NCBI GenBank assembly: GCA_951406725.2
Contig: OX597826.1
Location: 32,984,001-33,048,000 of the forward strand
Direction of reading: 5' to 3'
Length of the DNA stretch: 64,000 nucleotides
Source of the DNA: Octopus vulgaris
Lineage: Eukaryota
In this document: one piece after another, positions 38,030 through 53,129 of the stretch
Layout: each line of letters starts with the position of its first letter
How positions within the stretch are numbered: the first letter of the stretch is position 1
Made by a program: the position numbers and the translations under genes
Notes under the pieces: model-generated
What the model saw: only the letters and a program-made list of their open reading frames with translations
Databases searched by the model: none
Told to the model about the DNA's origin: nothing

Positions 38030-40783
38030 TGTATGTATATAAATTCATGTGTGTCTGTGTGTTTGTGAAATTGTATCTATCTAATAAAATTTGCTGGAGT
38101 CATTTTGCAATTAAATTAGTCACAATGTCTCACAAAAGCTGCACTGATATAAATAAATAATGCATATTTTTACTCAGTGAACCATGAACAATTATTCGAT
38201 TTTGTCCACCATGTAGAGACCCGATTACTTAAACATACTCTGTCTGACGTGCATCCCACTTACTAGTTCTAAAGATTTCCTCTTCCTCTTTGCTCTCTCT
38301 TCTCTCCTCTCTGTATCTCTCTGTCTCTTCCTGTCTATTCTCTCTTTCTATTGACTCTTTCTCTCTTTTTTCCCTCGTTTGGTTCTCCCCAAAACTTGTG
38401 CAATGATGAACGACTAATATCCAACTAGCATGCAAACGGGTGTCTTTGAAGAATTCTTGTATTTCCTAACCTTAATTAAATCATACATGGTGAATTCAGT
38501 TTTCCCCGTTGATAAATTTATTGCCCTCCATCTACTGAATTTTATGTTTTTGCGTTTGGCAAAGAGTGATCAAGAAAGAGAGGAAGAGAAAGACAGAGAG
38601 TTGCAGGTAAGCATATTGATAGGGTGTTGGTTTCCAGGCAGAAAAGGTCAAAACTATATATTCTATTGCAAGCATCGAACCATGTCCATGGCAAACATAC
38701 TAAATACATAATCATGAAAGCTTGTCTACTGAACTATGTATATATATGGATAGCCATAAGAACAAGGAGACACACATTACTACAACGAATAGTGGTAGTC
38801 GGTATAGTGAGTTAACGACTTGTAGTTCTGGTTACAATTCCTTATATTGGTAAATTCTTTGACAAGGGGTGGGTTGTCCTCTTCTTCATAGGAAGAGATA
38901 TCACTGAACTGTGTAACAACATGAAAACTAGAATGAATTTTTACATTGCGCAACACCTTAAGACAAAAAGACCTTCAAGAGTCAATTTGACTTTGTAGAA
39001 ATAGCAACCAAAACACTACTTGCTATAAAATATTTATTAATACCGAAGCAGCATTAATACCAAAGCAGTCTTTATTTCCTACTTAATGTGGGTGATCTGG
39101 GAGAATGCTGAATACATAATGCAATATTCAATGCTCTAATTCTGTTATGTTTCATATAAAGATAGTTTTAAGACTTTCATTACAATTTCTCTGTTGATTT
39201 ACACTGCTTTTGTTTCAAATCATTTTGGAAATAATGAAGTATTTTGTAAATTAATTTGGTCATTATGAAGCTGGTTTTGGAGCATGAATTAACATGAAAT
39301 TTTGATGGGAGGTTGTAGTTTGGATCACTTTCAAATGAAAAATAGAACCAAAATTGGTCTCAAGCAGAATGGTATCGGAAAGACTAATTTCCTGGCACTT
39401 CTTAAACACACTCTCACTTGAAATTCATTTCAAATAATTTTGAAAATATCAAAGAATTTCATAACTTATTTTGTTATCATTAATCTGATGTTTGAAACAT
39501 ATATCAACCGTTTTAATACCAAGCTGCCAAAAAACTGCTCTGAACCACTAAGTTAGGAGGAAATAAAGACACCAGCACTGGTTGCGAAGCAGTGGTGGAG
39601 GACAAACTCGGGCCCAAAGACACACATACACATGCGCATACACACATGCCGCACACACACAAACACACACACATAATGGATTTCTTTCAATTTTTATCTA
39701 TCAAAACTACTCACAAGGCTTTGGTCAGCCTGGAGCTGTAGTAGGTGACACTTGGGGACTGAACTCAGAACCATGTGATTGGGAAGCAAACTTTTTACCA
39801 GACACCCACACCTGCACTTTAATAAATGTACAAATACATGCATGCTTACATACACTCACACAAGCATACACACACATGCACACACATGCACACATACACA
39901 TGCACATACACATACACACACATACACACACAAACACACACACATACTCATGCACATACACACACACATACACACACAAAAACACACATACACACACGCA
40001 CACAACCATACATCTACACACATACAAACACACATACACACACACATACATATATATATATAGATAGATGGATACATAAATATATATATATATATATATA
40101 TATTTGTACGTGTTTTTATTGATTATGAATTATGTAAATGCTTTTCATATACACACAGGCACAAATGTAAATATATGTATATACGTGTGTGTGGGGGTGG
40201 GAGGCTGCTTGTGATACCCATTGGGGAGCCCCACCTCACTTCTCTACAAATTCTGATTCATTTACGATTGCCACTCCCACAACGGCAGTTAATGATGTAG
40301 GAGTGGCATGGCAGATCCCCATCACCAACACTTTGGCTACACCAACGCCCCCGCCAGCACCACCACCAGAACCACCACCTGACATCCTGCTCATCCACCA
40401 CAACCACACCACCACCACCACCACCACCACCACCACAAGCACCACTACCTGATACTGCTCCATCACCACCACCACCACCACCACCACCACCAGTACCTCA
40501 CTGCTTCCACTGCTACCACTACCACCACTGCAACTAATACCACCACCATTACTACTACCACTCCCAAGATGACATTGAGATATGAAGTAACCCTGCTGAT
40601 AGCCAGACCCTCAATAGCTGTAGGTGTGCCTACATATACGTATGTGTGTGTGTGTGTTTGTGCATGTCTGTTGATGTGTGTGAATATATGTATGTACATG
40701 CACACGTGTCAGTGTGTGTAGGCATTGTGTATGTATCTGTGTATATATATAAATATCTATCAATCTATCTATATATATACATA

Positions 40784-40825
<42 letters not shown>

Positions 40826-41326
40826 TGAACATGTGTGTCTGTGTATGTATACCTGTGTTTGTGTGCATGTATGAGTGTAAATTTTCTGTGCATGTGTGCT
40901 GTGTGTGTGTGTGTACAGTCTTATACCTGTATTCATGTGTATGGTTGTAATTAGAAAGCAGGAGAGTGGTTGTGATGCGTCACTTTCGGCCATCAGAGGC
41001 TAGAAATGTTTACCTGTCTCAGTGATTAATGAATGTATGTTATAGATGTATATATTAAGTCCTACAGGGCCAAGGTGTACCACGCTGAAGGTGTTAGGGT
41101 TCATTAAGAAGGAGCTGGAAGGGCTTTGTTCTTGCGGTCATTGTTGCCATCATCATCATCATCCTCATCATCAACATCATCATCATCATCATCATCATCG
41201 TCATCATCATCCTCATTATCATCATCGTTGTTGTCATCATCGTCATCATTATCACAATCGTCATCATCATCATCTTCCTCATCATTATCATCATCGTCAT
41301 CATCATCACCATTATCATCAATGTTG

Positions 41327-41368
<42 letters not shown>

Positions 41369-41419
41369 CCATCGTCGTCACCACAACTACCACCGCCACT
41401 ATCATCATCGCCATCACCA

Positions 41420-41648
41420 TTAATCCTTTTGCATTAGGATTTCTTTATCAAATGAAATGCTTATTTATTTGTATTGTTTTGAATTAATCCTGCATTATCT
41501 TGTAGCTTTGAGGTTTCAATGACGTGATAGTTTTGGTTATAGAATGACATTGTCAAGCAAGTCTGAAAGGTCGGATGTGGTCAGTTTGAACATAAACTGG
41601 ATAGAATATTCGGGTCGAACATGACTGGATTAAATTCTAAATGGTCAA
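41420..41648. mobile_element. piggyBac-like MITE (TTAA ends)
   Basis: ttaatccttttgcatt...aattctaaatggtcaa; homologous to 29647 and 42330 copies. Confidence 0.6.
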
Positions 41649-42329
41649 AGTGGTTCACTGGTGAAGCCGTTAGCATGCTGGACAAAATGCTTAGTGGTGA
41701 TTTTGTCTGTCTTTACACTCTGAATTCAAATTTGCTTTTCGTCCTTTTTGTAGTCAATGCAATAAAGTACCCGTGAACCATTGGCACTGATGTGACTTTT
41801 CCCCTCCCCTCAAATCGATGAACTTGTTCTGGGTCAGAGCAAACCTGGAAACAACAACAGCTAAGTGATGGTTCCACACTCCTGAAAATCCTGGGACTCC
41901 TGGACCAGACTCACTACCTGCTCATTCTCTTAACATGTAAGTTTTCCATAGATACTGGTATCCTCAGTGTAACACAATACATAACACGACTATACCTTTT
42001 GATCCAGACTTCTTTATAGTTTCTATCCATGCAATTTCACTTACAAGCACAGGGTGATCTGGGCTATAGAAATGATGTGTGTCCTAGCTGCTGTGCAGTG
42101 AGATCGAACCCCTGACCTTATGGTTGTGAAGGAAAGCTTTTAACTATTTGGCTAAACCATATCTATACATATATACATATATACATATATACGCACATAC
42201 ACATATGCATGTTGCCCTTCTGTCATCAGGCAATATGCTATGCTTGAGAAGACCTGTTGAGTCAGGTTGATGCCAGTGCCACCTGACTGGCACCCATGCC
42301 AGTATGTCAGTGGCACATTAAAAAGTACC

Positions 42330-42548
42330 ATTTTTGCATTATTCTGCCAAAATTAATTCTTTTTTATCCACATTGCCTTGAACTAACCAAGCATTAATCT
42401 TGGTGCTATGAGATTTTGATGAGGTAGCTGTTAATTTTCAAAACAATATTGTAGGGTTGGTATGAGAGACCAGATCTGGCCAGTTTGAGCATAAAACAGG
42501 CAGAATACTTTTGGCCGGATATGGCCGGTTTAAATGCTAAAGGGTTAA
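42330..42548. mobile_element. piggyBac-like MITE
   Basis: Ends ggccggtttaaatgctaaagggTTAA. Confidence 0.65.
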
Positions 42549-42769
42549 GCATGGTTGATGCCAATGCTGCCTGGCTGGCACCCATGCCGGTGGCACATAA
42601 AAAGCACCATTTGAATGTGGTCGATGGCAGTGCTGCCAGACTGGACCCCAAAGTCCACTCTGCTGAGTAGTTGGTGTTAGGAAAGGAATCTAGCTGTAAA
42701 AGTCCTGCCAAAAGCAGTCACAGAAGTCTGGTGCAGGCTTGGAAGGCGGATATTAGGCGATGATGATAA

Positions 42770-42803
<34 letters not shown>

Positions 42804-45800
42804 GGTGGTGATGGTGATGATGACAATGACAATGATGTCGGTTGGCAGTGATGGCAGCAGCAGCGGTGATGATGGTGATGGCAGCAGCAGCGGTGATGAT
42901 GGTGATGACAACAATGAAGATAATGCTAAAGATGGTGAAGGTGACAATGGTGATGATAATGATGACAATGACATGGGTGACTGATGATGGTGGTGAAGAT
43001 GAGGATGACGACAGTGACAATGCCGATGGTGATGATGATGATAATGATGATGACGATGGTGATGATGATGATGAAGATGACAATGATGATTAGGATGACA
43101 ATAACATGGGTAACTGATGATGGTGGTGATGATGATGATGACGATGATGATGATGACAATGAGGGTGACGATGACAACGACAATGGCAATGACAATGATG
43201 ATGATGATGAAACTGTTACTGCTACTGCACCTGCTGCTCATGATGGCGATGATGATGATGACAAAGATGATGGCAAATATGATGTCAGACACTACCACTC
43301 TACTCTCCTTTCTCCCCCTCCCCGCTCTTTTTCCATATACGCACATGCACACATCTCCATGTCTACTCACACACACACACACATGTATACACAATATAGA
43401 AAAGCGTTTCTTACCATTATTCTGAAGCTTAGCACAACAAGAGAGTAAAATCTAGTTCAGCAAGAAACACATCAAACCAACTTTGATGCAGGACACTTGC
43501 TGGCTGTGAAACGAGACTCTAAGACAAAGGAAGAAACTTCAAATCTACTGTGGCACCACAACAGAGCTTTGGATTCTTTGAATTCTTCCGCTAGACACAC
43601 ACACACACACACACACATGCAGAAATAAATAGATAGGTGGCTAGATACATGCATGGCTGGATAGACAGAAAGATAGACATGTACATGTTTATGAGTGTGT
43701 ATATACATATGTATATACAATAATACATACATATATATACACACATATATATATTTATACATATATATATATATACATACACATTTATATACATATATAC
43801 ACACACACACTTACACACATGCACACACATTTATATATATATACACAGAGATACACACACACATATATAAATATACAGATACATATATATGTATATTTGT
43901 ATATGCCAGTGTGTATATATGTATTATGTGTGTATGCATATATATATATAAATATATATATAAACCTGTATATATGTACATATATGTATGTATGTGTATA
44001 TATATGTGTGTGTGTTTGTGATTCTACATACTGAAGTGACCATGTCAGCAACGGCGCTGCCAGCCACAACACCAAGAACATCAACAATCAAGACCAGGAC
44101 CGAAGCACCCCACCCAACCCCTGCTGACCACCCCACCCCACCACCGCCACCACCACGTCACAACAATAACAGAGACGTTACCATAATTTGATTGTTTCTT
44201 TGTTTTTGTTGTGTTGCTTTGTTAAAGAAGATTCATTTCGTTCGTGCTTGAGTGAATTTGGCTCCTAAGAGATCTGTGTTTGTGTGTCTTGCTTCAATGG
44301 TTTCGGCTCTAGAGTGTGTGTGTGTGTGTGTGTGTTAATTGAATAAATATCCCTATACATCAATGTCTAGGTCTTTGACATGACACAGCAATAGCAAGCA
44401 TGGAGAGCCGACATATAATGGAGCTATACACACACACACTCACACATGCACACACACACAGGTGCACATATACACAAACGCATACGCACACATGTGCGTG
44501 CGCACTTACACACACACACACGAGTCCACTCACCCAAGCATACATACCAACACATGCACAAAATACAACACATACATAAACACACAAACACACAATACAT
44601 ATACATATGCACAAACACACACATATATATATACACACACAAACAGTACATACATGCAAACACAGATGCACACACACACACACACACAGAAACAAATATA
44701 TGTACAAACATAAACAGTCATGCATATACACATACACTCACACACATACCCAGACACAGATATCCATAAACACGTACATATCTTCACACACACATACCTC
44801 CACACACATACCCTCCACAATACCCACACAAGCACACACACACATACCCCCAAACACATGCCCCCCCACACACATACCGAGACACGTACCCACATACACC
44901 CTTATCCACAAATTTAGCCGAACAGATTCCTGAGCATTATTTCACTGCAGGTTCTTCTTTTAGAGATATCCAAGATGTCTGATATTCCACAAACACTAAA
45001 GAAGAACTCTCATTGCAAGACAATATTTGGTTTAATAAATAGGAATTGGTTAGTGTCACCTGACTTTGGACAACTCAGCATTCTTTTATTCTTTTACATT
45101 TTTCATTCATTGCACAGCAGCCATGCTGGGGTGCCATACAGAAGTCTTTTAGTTGATAAAATCAACCCCAGGACTTATTTGATTTTTTAAGCCTGGTCTT
45201 TATATTATTGGTATTTTTAGCTAAACCATCAAGTTACAGGGATGAAAACAAACCAACACCAGTTGTCAAGAGGTGGGTGGAGGGACAAACATAAATAAAT
45301 ATATATATATGTGTATATACACATACACATATACAAACACACACATTGCATATTCCATCTGCAAATTAGGAATATAATGATTATTACATATTATATATTT
45401 CTGAACTTCCTGAAACAGCTGTTGACTTAAGAAATTATGGATTCTCTTCTTAGAATTTTGTATGTTTTATGTTCTTTGTAAATATATTTGCATAGATATA
45501 TATATGTATATCTATATATGTTGTTATCTGTCTGAATATATGTAGATATATTTGGGCTTCTTTCAGTTTCATTTACCAAATCCACTCACAAGATTTTGAT
45601 CAGCCCATGTCTGTAGCAGAAGAAACTTGACCAAGATGCCACACAGTGGAGCTGAACCCAAAACCATGTGAGTGGGAAGTTAACTTCTTACCACACAGCA
45701 ATGTCTGCACGTATGGTTCTAATCACATTGGTGAATCTGCAAAAGATATATGTCGCTCAGTTAAGAAATGAGACAGGATGTGATAATTGTTTTATCTATG

Positions 45801-46794
45801 GACATTTGAGGAAGATGAATTCAGAATAAAAAAGTTATTTATGTAACCAAATATTGAATTAGTCAAGAAATATATACAACAAAAAATGCGATAGAACCAA
45901 CGTTCATATGAATGCATCAAAATTTGTTTCAACCACAAGGAGAAGTCATTGTTATTGTACTTTGTACTTAAAATTATCAGACAAATAGTTAAAAAAATTT
46001 GAGCTGTCTGTATCTTCTCTGCACTCAGTAGGAAATCTGTTCTAAAAGTTTCTTAAAATGATGAACTTTTGACACCAAAATGTCAAGAGAATCAAAAGTG
46101 CACAACATACAAAAGCTTGTTAGAATGCTTATATGCTTTGGATATACACTTTAATTCTCAAATGACATCAGAGTTTATATTGTTTTAATTTAAAGTATAA
46201 CCAAAATCTTTTTACAGTTATTAGATATATGTTTTCCCAAAATATGTAACAAGAAAATCGAAAATAGAAACTGAATTGAAGTTGGTCATTCTACTACTGA
46301 GAATTTTGCAACATAGCAGTAAAATAATGATATGAATTCATCAACTATCTACAACACTATGAAATACAATTGCATTTTTACAATAATATATCTTCTAAAA
46401 ATGAAATTATTCAAATTATTTCATAGCTCAAAGGCGTTGACTAATAAGGATTCTAACAATGAAACCTTTCAAAACAAGTTATAATCATCATGAATATATT
46501 TTCATACTCCAGCAAGAAAATTAGGCTTAAATTTCCCCCTGTGTGAGTTTTAATATCCATAAATTAAAATGTTCATATAGAAAGGGAAAAAGTCATGAGT
46601 TTGATGCTTTAACAACCAGTGCAGTAATGTTTGTCAGCTTTGCTTATCAGAGAACAAACAAAAATTCTGTTCCACAATAGAAACATCCAGTCATAAATGA
46701 GAATCGGTTATATTTTGCTACCAAGTTGTGTTTTACTTTAAGAAATTTAAACAGAAGGAGAATAAGATAGTTACACCAATTATAAGACTACACT

Positions 46795-47064
46795 GGCATA
46801 TGGCGTAGCAGTTAAGAGTGAGGGCTACAAACCCCAAGATTCTAAGTTCAATTCCAGGCAGTGACCTGAATAATAACAACATCGAAAAATACCTTAGGAC
46901 TGAGAACCCAAGTTTGAAATTTCCTCAAGACACCTGATGAAGGCTGGAGGGTATATCTCAGCTGAAATGTTGTGTTAACAACAAACAAGATGAGGACAAA
47001 TATCCATCAAATGTAAATAAGGTAAATAATTTACATATTTCCTCATCTCTTAAATATAGAACTG
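46795..47064 (+). mobile_element. tRNA-headed hammerhead element, locus 4 (single direct copy, very short AAT core)
   Basis: ggcatatggcgtagcagttaagag..gttcaattccaggcagtgacc..gacacctgatgaaggctg..gaaatgttgtgtt..ctcttaaatatagaactg. Confidence 0.85.
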
Positions 47065-47329
47065 CATGAATTTAAGTTGTTGTAAATATTAATATTTATT
47101 TATACATAAATTGTCAATAAACATTATATAATAATTCAGAATATATTCATCTATGTTTATCTTTAATTGTCTGGAGAGTCTAATAAAAGGCATGCGTCTA
47201 TGTTCTAGCATCAACTAACATATAAAGTTTGATGAACTACTTTCCAAATGACTTTGTAGAAGTTAAAACTCTTGAAGTTGTCTGATGAGCTTCTACAAGA
47301 AATGGTAAGTATTGTCTGTTAAATAAAAG

Positions 47330-47550
47330 CTATAATAAATTATTTGTATGGCAAACTTGATGTATTATGTTGGTGCATGTGAATAACGGTGTACTGACAA
47401 GGATAGAGAAAAACTGCAGATAAGGGGAATTACATGTAGCACACAAGGGTGATGACTCTCTTCTTACAGCCATGTGATGTGCAAAGAGGGTGGCACTTAG
47501 GTAAACAGGAGCCACATGGTCTAAACACAAAGAAATGCGAAAGATCACAG
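47330..47550 (-). mobile_element. Possible I/Nimb-like LINE C-terminal zinc-knuckle remnant
   Basis: ..LFAHHMAVRRESSPLCATCNSPYLQFFSILVS.P resembles the P.C..C...LTV.HIL..CP motif after RNase H. Confidence 0.4.
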
Positions 47551-47662
47551 AATTTATGAGAAGAGGAGGTTAAATAATTGATATTTTAGTGAAATAAGTT
47601 TAAAATTCATGTTTTAATTCCTGTTGGCTTTAATGTTCAATGCCACGACATCAGGTCAAATA

Positions 47663-47696
<34 letters not shown>

Positions 47697-47808
47697 ATTA
47701 TGTTTTGGTTTTAGTATAATTTAGGATATTTTTTCACTGTACTTCATACATTTTCAAGTTTTACACTGTACAACTTGAAAATGTACGAAACATTGAAGTC
47801 AGTTTAAG

Positions 47809-47850
<42 letters not shown>

Positions 47851-47883
47851 CACTGCATCACTCTAAGAAACTAAAAGGAAGGA

Positions 47884-48042
47884 ATCATGTACATTATTTA
47901 CATTATTTACATTTGACGGATATTTGTCCTCATCTTGTTTGTTGTTAACACAATGTTTCGGCTGATATACCCTCCGGCCTTCATCAGGTGTCTTGGGGAA
48001 ATTTTGAATCTGGGTTCTCATTCCTAAGGTATTTTTCAATGC

Positions 48043-48104
<62 letters not shown>

Positions 48105-48207
48105 TCACTGCCTGGAATCAAATTTGGAATCTTGGAGTTAGTTGTGGTTAAGAGTGAAGGTTACTAATCCCAAGATTCCGAGTTCAATCCCAGGCAGTGA
48201 CCTGAAT

Positions 48208-48241
<34 letters not shown>

Positions 48242-48413
48242 ACAACAACAATAATAATAATAATAATAACAACATTGAAAAATACCTTAGGAATGAGAAC
48301 CGAGATTCGAAATTTCCTCAAGACACCTGATGAAGCCTGGAGGCTATATCAGCCAAAACGTGTTAACAATAAACAAGATGAGGACAAATATCGTCAAATG
48401 TAAATAATGTAAA
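47884..48413. mobile_element. tRNA-headed hammerhead element, locus 5: head-to-head inverted dimer
   Basis: Minus copy ~47884-48141, plus copy ~48143-48413; TSD taaaaggaagga 47872-47883 / taaaagggagga 48414-48425. Confidence 0.88.
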
Positions 48414-49085
48414 TAAAAGGGAGGAGTTAGTTGAAATGTATATTCAAAGTTAGAATACATTAAATGGAACTTAAAGCTCTGCTACTTATTCTAGTTTTTG
48501 CTTCGTTCAGCTCTAATCATTTTAATTATTTAACTTAAATATTTAATACAATATAATAACTTCTACAAACAAACTTAGATTGTCTGTACGATAAAAATGT
48601 AAAATGGCTTCAGGAGAAAAATAAATCTTTTTCATTTATACTTAATTAAATCGTAACGAAACTAACTAATCTTTTGAATTCTTAATTAAATTATGTGACA
48701 ATAAATATTAAGAAAAATCTTTGTACAATGTAAAAATTACTCTGAAGCTTCATGCAAATGTTACACAATGATGCTGAGATTTATCAGTGTTCTGCGATCT
48801 TCAGAAAAGTATCTTGGTTTGGTTTTGTTGATGTATCACTTTCTAAGAAATGCTTGATTTAGAGAATAATTTAAATCGGTAACGCTGTTACAGGGCCATA
48901 GATTTCGTGGGGAGGGAGGGATAAGGGATAATATCAAACCCAGTATTTTACTGGTATTTTATTATAGGGATCTCCAAAAGCCAAAGGAATCAAAAGGCAA
49001 AGTTGACCTCAGTCAGATTTGTACACATACACACTCACACACACACACACACACTTATACACACATGCATACATACACACATATA

Positions 49086-49117
<32 letters not shown>

Positions 49118-49248
49118 CAACCTATAAACAAGGGCAAAAGAAATTTATTTCAATAATTTTAACCTTTAAAGGTATTTTAATATGCTGCTACTTTTTTGAT
49201 GAAATTTTTTCTGTAAAAAAACTTCATCCTATATTAGTAGTAGTAGTA

Positions 49249-49296
<48 letters not shown>

Positions 49297-49639
49297 TCAC
49301 AAGTAGACTTTGGAGTAATCCATATATTTGATATTGTCAATTTTTATACTCCTGGAAGCCAATAAGGTTAAGGAAATATATTCAGAATTATCCAACGGAA
49401 TAATCCTCTAATTTCTTATCGTATTGGAACATTATTGGATTTATGTTAAGTGTTGAAGAACATATTCTGAATGCCTAACCAAGAGCGAACTGGTAAACTT
49501 TTGGGGTAATCTCTTACTTTTTACTATTACACGCATGCACACACACACATAAATATTTGTATATATGTGTGTATGTCTATATACATGCAGATTTGTATGT
49601 TTTGTTTTATGGAGCTCTTCTACTGCATATAGCTGCATA

Positions 49640-50290
49640 TCTAGACATGCTTATATATACTTAAATGATAAACTTCTGGAAAGTTTTACAGTGATAGAGT
49701 GAATCCGTAGTCTTTGAATCAGCTTTTTTTCTTTCTGATTTTGAGAAGCCTCATTTCTCAAGTTTGGTATCTAGTCAGTTTGTTACATATCTCAGGGCCC
49801 CAAGAATTACAGGTATAAACCTGAACTTGTAATCTGGATAGAGTAACTGTGGATTTCTCAATAGTTCAGAGTAGGTATTTTCTTTTTCACTGATCTTCAG
49901 CTTTATGTTAACATCCACTGGGCAGCTAATTTCCACAACTGTACACAGTTTCTCTTCCCTATCCCTAATCATTATATCAGGTCTGTTGTGCTTACATTTT
50001 ATCGAGGTCTTCACTGGTACATTCCACCAGTACACCTTTTTATTATGAGTTGGCTATGGCTCCTACCATACTGTGTTTTTATTCCTTTGTCCTTGGGGTT
50101 ATCCTTTTGAGTGTCCTAGCTGCATCATGACTCATCAGTAGATAGTACTGTGATGACATTTCGGACAACTGCTTATGATGTGGGTGACAAAGTCTGCATC
50201 AGTTGTCCCATTTTTACTTCATCTATCCCTTTTGTGCATCTAGTATTTGGTCGATATTTCCTGGTCCTGGATTGCAAATGCATGCCATTG
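49640..50290 (-). mobile_element. R4/Dong-type LINE fragment: zinc knuckle remnant plus restriction-like endonuclease
   Basis: ORF 49775-50035 WWNVPVKT..HNRPDIMIRDREEKLCTVVEISCP.D.N..EKENTY..L..IPVILGAL (PD..E..K RLE motif); upstream CRLC. Confidence 0.85.
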
Positions 50291-50702
50291 AAAGTGGGAG
50301 GTTGTATGTATGTTTGTATGTATGTACGTGAGTGTATCTATGTGTGTATGTATGTGTGTGTATGTATGTGTGTACGTATGTATGTGTGTATGTATCTATG
50401 TGTGCATGTATGTGTGCAAGTATGTATGTATGTGTGTATGTTTCCTTTAAGTATTTTTACTTGAAGAATTCAAGCTGGCCCCAAACCACATGGCAAGGCA
50501 TTCTTTTCTTCTTTCTTCAATTAAGACAGGTGTTGGGGGCTTGTGGTTGCCTGAATCGGTTGATCTGTATGTACAGATGCATGCTTGTACTCATGGAAAA
50601 ATTTGCATCTGTGTGGTGGCCATACGTTTCACTTTGGTAATACAACTGGCTGTGCTTCACACATTTTATGCCTTCAATAAACAAGTATTTGTCTTTCACT
50701 CT

Positions 50703-50706
<4 letters not shown>

Positions 50707-50778
<72 letters not shown>

Positions 50779-50786
50779 TGTGTGTG
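50707..50786. repeat. (TG)n microsatellite
   Basis: Direct inspection. Confidence 0.95.
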
Positions 50787-51454
50787 GAAAGTGTGTGGAA
50801 AGAAGAGAAAATTATAAGGAAATTCAAAAGCAGAGGTAAGTGTTAAAATATGAAGTCTCAGTTATCACATACACTCACACACACACAGATACACACACAC
50901 AAGCACACACTCACACACGGAGTTGCACACACACACACAGATACACGTACACTTACACACACACACACAGAAGCACACTCACACATACACAGAAGCACAT
51001 ATATACACCCACTTACACACAGAAAGGCCTACACACACTCACATACACGCAACACCCTCAAATTGCCCCCCCCCCCCCCATTCCGTTAAATATAATTTCT
51101 CTCATCTTACTTCCCAGATGTGGTCCTAAATTGATTTTGAAGGAAGTTCCACACCCTTTTGTTTGATAATAATTAATGGTACAGCACTTTGAACACCTGG
51201 GTACATAACGAGATAGCAGGATGGTGGAATAAACAGTGATAGGTGTGTCTATGCTGAGGGGGAAAGGGTAGGTTTAATAGTGGTGGCTGTGGTGTTACTG
51301 GTGGTGGTGTTGGTATACATGATTGCGGTGCAATTGGTGGTATGTGGGATGGTGGTAAGGGTGATGGTGGTGGTGGTAGGGGTAATAGTTGAAGGTGTTG
51401 TGTTGGTGCTAGTTGTGTTGTGAACAGTAGCTGGATCACTGTGATAGAGAAATG

Positions 51455-52091
51455 AAATGCAGTAGTCGTAGATGCAGTAGTAGTACTAGTAGTAGTAGTA
51501 GTAGTAGTAATTGTAGCATCAACAGCATAGCAGTAGTTGTAGTGGTAGTAACTGCTGTTCTAGTGGTGGTAGTGGTAGTAGTAGTAGTTTTTGTAGTAGT
51601 AGTAGTAGTGGTAGTAGTAACTGCTATTGTAGTGGTAGTAGTAGTAGTGGTAGGGTTTAGGTGGAGCTGAGGCTTGATGGTGAAGTTGTGCTGGTGATGG
51701 TATTGACAGTGATGGTAATTAGATGGTGTTGATGGGTTGGTGATGATGATGATGATGATGATGATGGCTATGGTGGTGATGACAACGAGAATACTGATGA
51801 TGATGACGATGATGACAATAATGAAGACAGTGTTAGCAACTATGATTATGATGATGATGATGATGATGATGATGATAGTGGTGGTTGTCACGAAGTGGAT
51901 GGTGATGACTAACGCTGCTAGTGGCAATGACAACAACACAATCACAACGACCATGACAACGAAAACGAAGACGACGATGTCAATGATGATGACGATGGTG
52001 ACGATGATGATGATGATGGTGATGGTGATGATGATGATGATGGTGGTTGTGGTGGTGGTGGTGGTGATGATGATGATGATGATGGTGATGG

Positions 52092-52122
<31 letters not shown>

Positions 52123-52213
52123 GATGATGGCAATGGTGATAATGATGATGATGTTGGTGATGATGATGATGATGGTGATAGTGAAGATGATGTTGATGGT
52201 GGTGATGATGATG

Positions 52214-52245
<32 letters not shown>

Positions 52246-52330
52246 GAACATGTTCATGATAACGATGATGGTGGTGGTGGTGGTGATAATCGCGATGCTG
52301 CTGCTGCTGCTGCTACCACTGCTGATGATA
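51455..52330. repeat. (TAG)/(GAT)/(GGT) trinucleotide field
   Basis: Direct inspection; source of the 304 aa and 219 aa spurious ORFs. Confidence 0.9.
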
Positions 52331-53129
52331 ATGGGTGTGTCTGTAAGCAATAAAAAAAAACCCCAACAAACACTAAGTCATGGCCAAAAGTTCTAAGGCC
52401 CGGCTCCATATTGCGTCCCACCTACCTACTAAATTATGGATCACCTCTTCAAAGGGTCTCATGTAATAACGATAAATGCATTATGGCTGCTGTGTTTTAG
52501 TAAAGTCTTTTGATGGACATAACAACAACAACAACAACAACGACCACAACAACAGCAACAACAACGACAACAATAATAATAATAACAATGATAATAATTA
52601 TTATCATATACTGTACAGACTGCTGTCGATGGTGGAGGTGGTGATTTGGTGTGTACTGTTATGGATGGCAAGTGGTGGTGGTGGGAGTGGTGGTGATGGG
52701 AATGGTGGTGGTGGGAGTTGTGGTAGTGGGTGCGGTGGTGGTGGTGGTAGTAGTGGGCAAGTCAGATGTAGAAGGAAATTGGAAAAAAAAAGATAAATTG
52801 TCTAATATATGAACGTATGTAACTATGTCGACATAACATATCATTGTCTATCTGTTTGTCTGTATGTCTTCCTCTCTCTCTTGCTGTATATTAATCATCT
52901 TCATCATCATCCCCACCACCACCACCATCACCACCACCACCATTACTGCCATCATCGCCACCACCAGCACAAGAGGCAGTACCACCACCAGCACAAGAGG
53001 CAGTACCACCACCACCACCATCATCATCATACCCCCACCATCTCCTCCACCACCACCACCACCATCAACATCATCATCATCCCCAAAACTACCACCACAC
53101 CACTATACCCCGCCACCATCATCATCAAG

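Noticed and set aside
43472-43591. Possible minus-strand terminal exon AEEFKESKALLW..KLV*
   Set aside because: The acceptor is preceded only by (GT)n; the peptide is unrecognisable and expected by chance
47282-47310. CTGATGA..GAAA hammerhead look-alike (also 55765 and 59252)
   Set aside because: No closing stem I/II pairing
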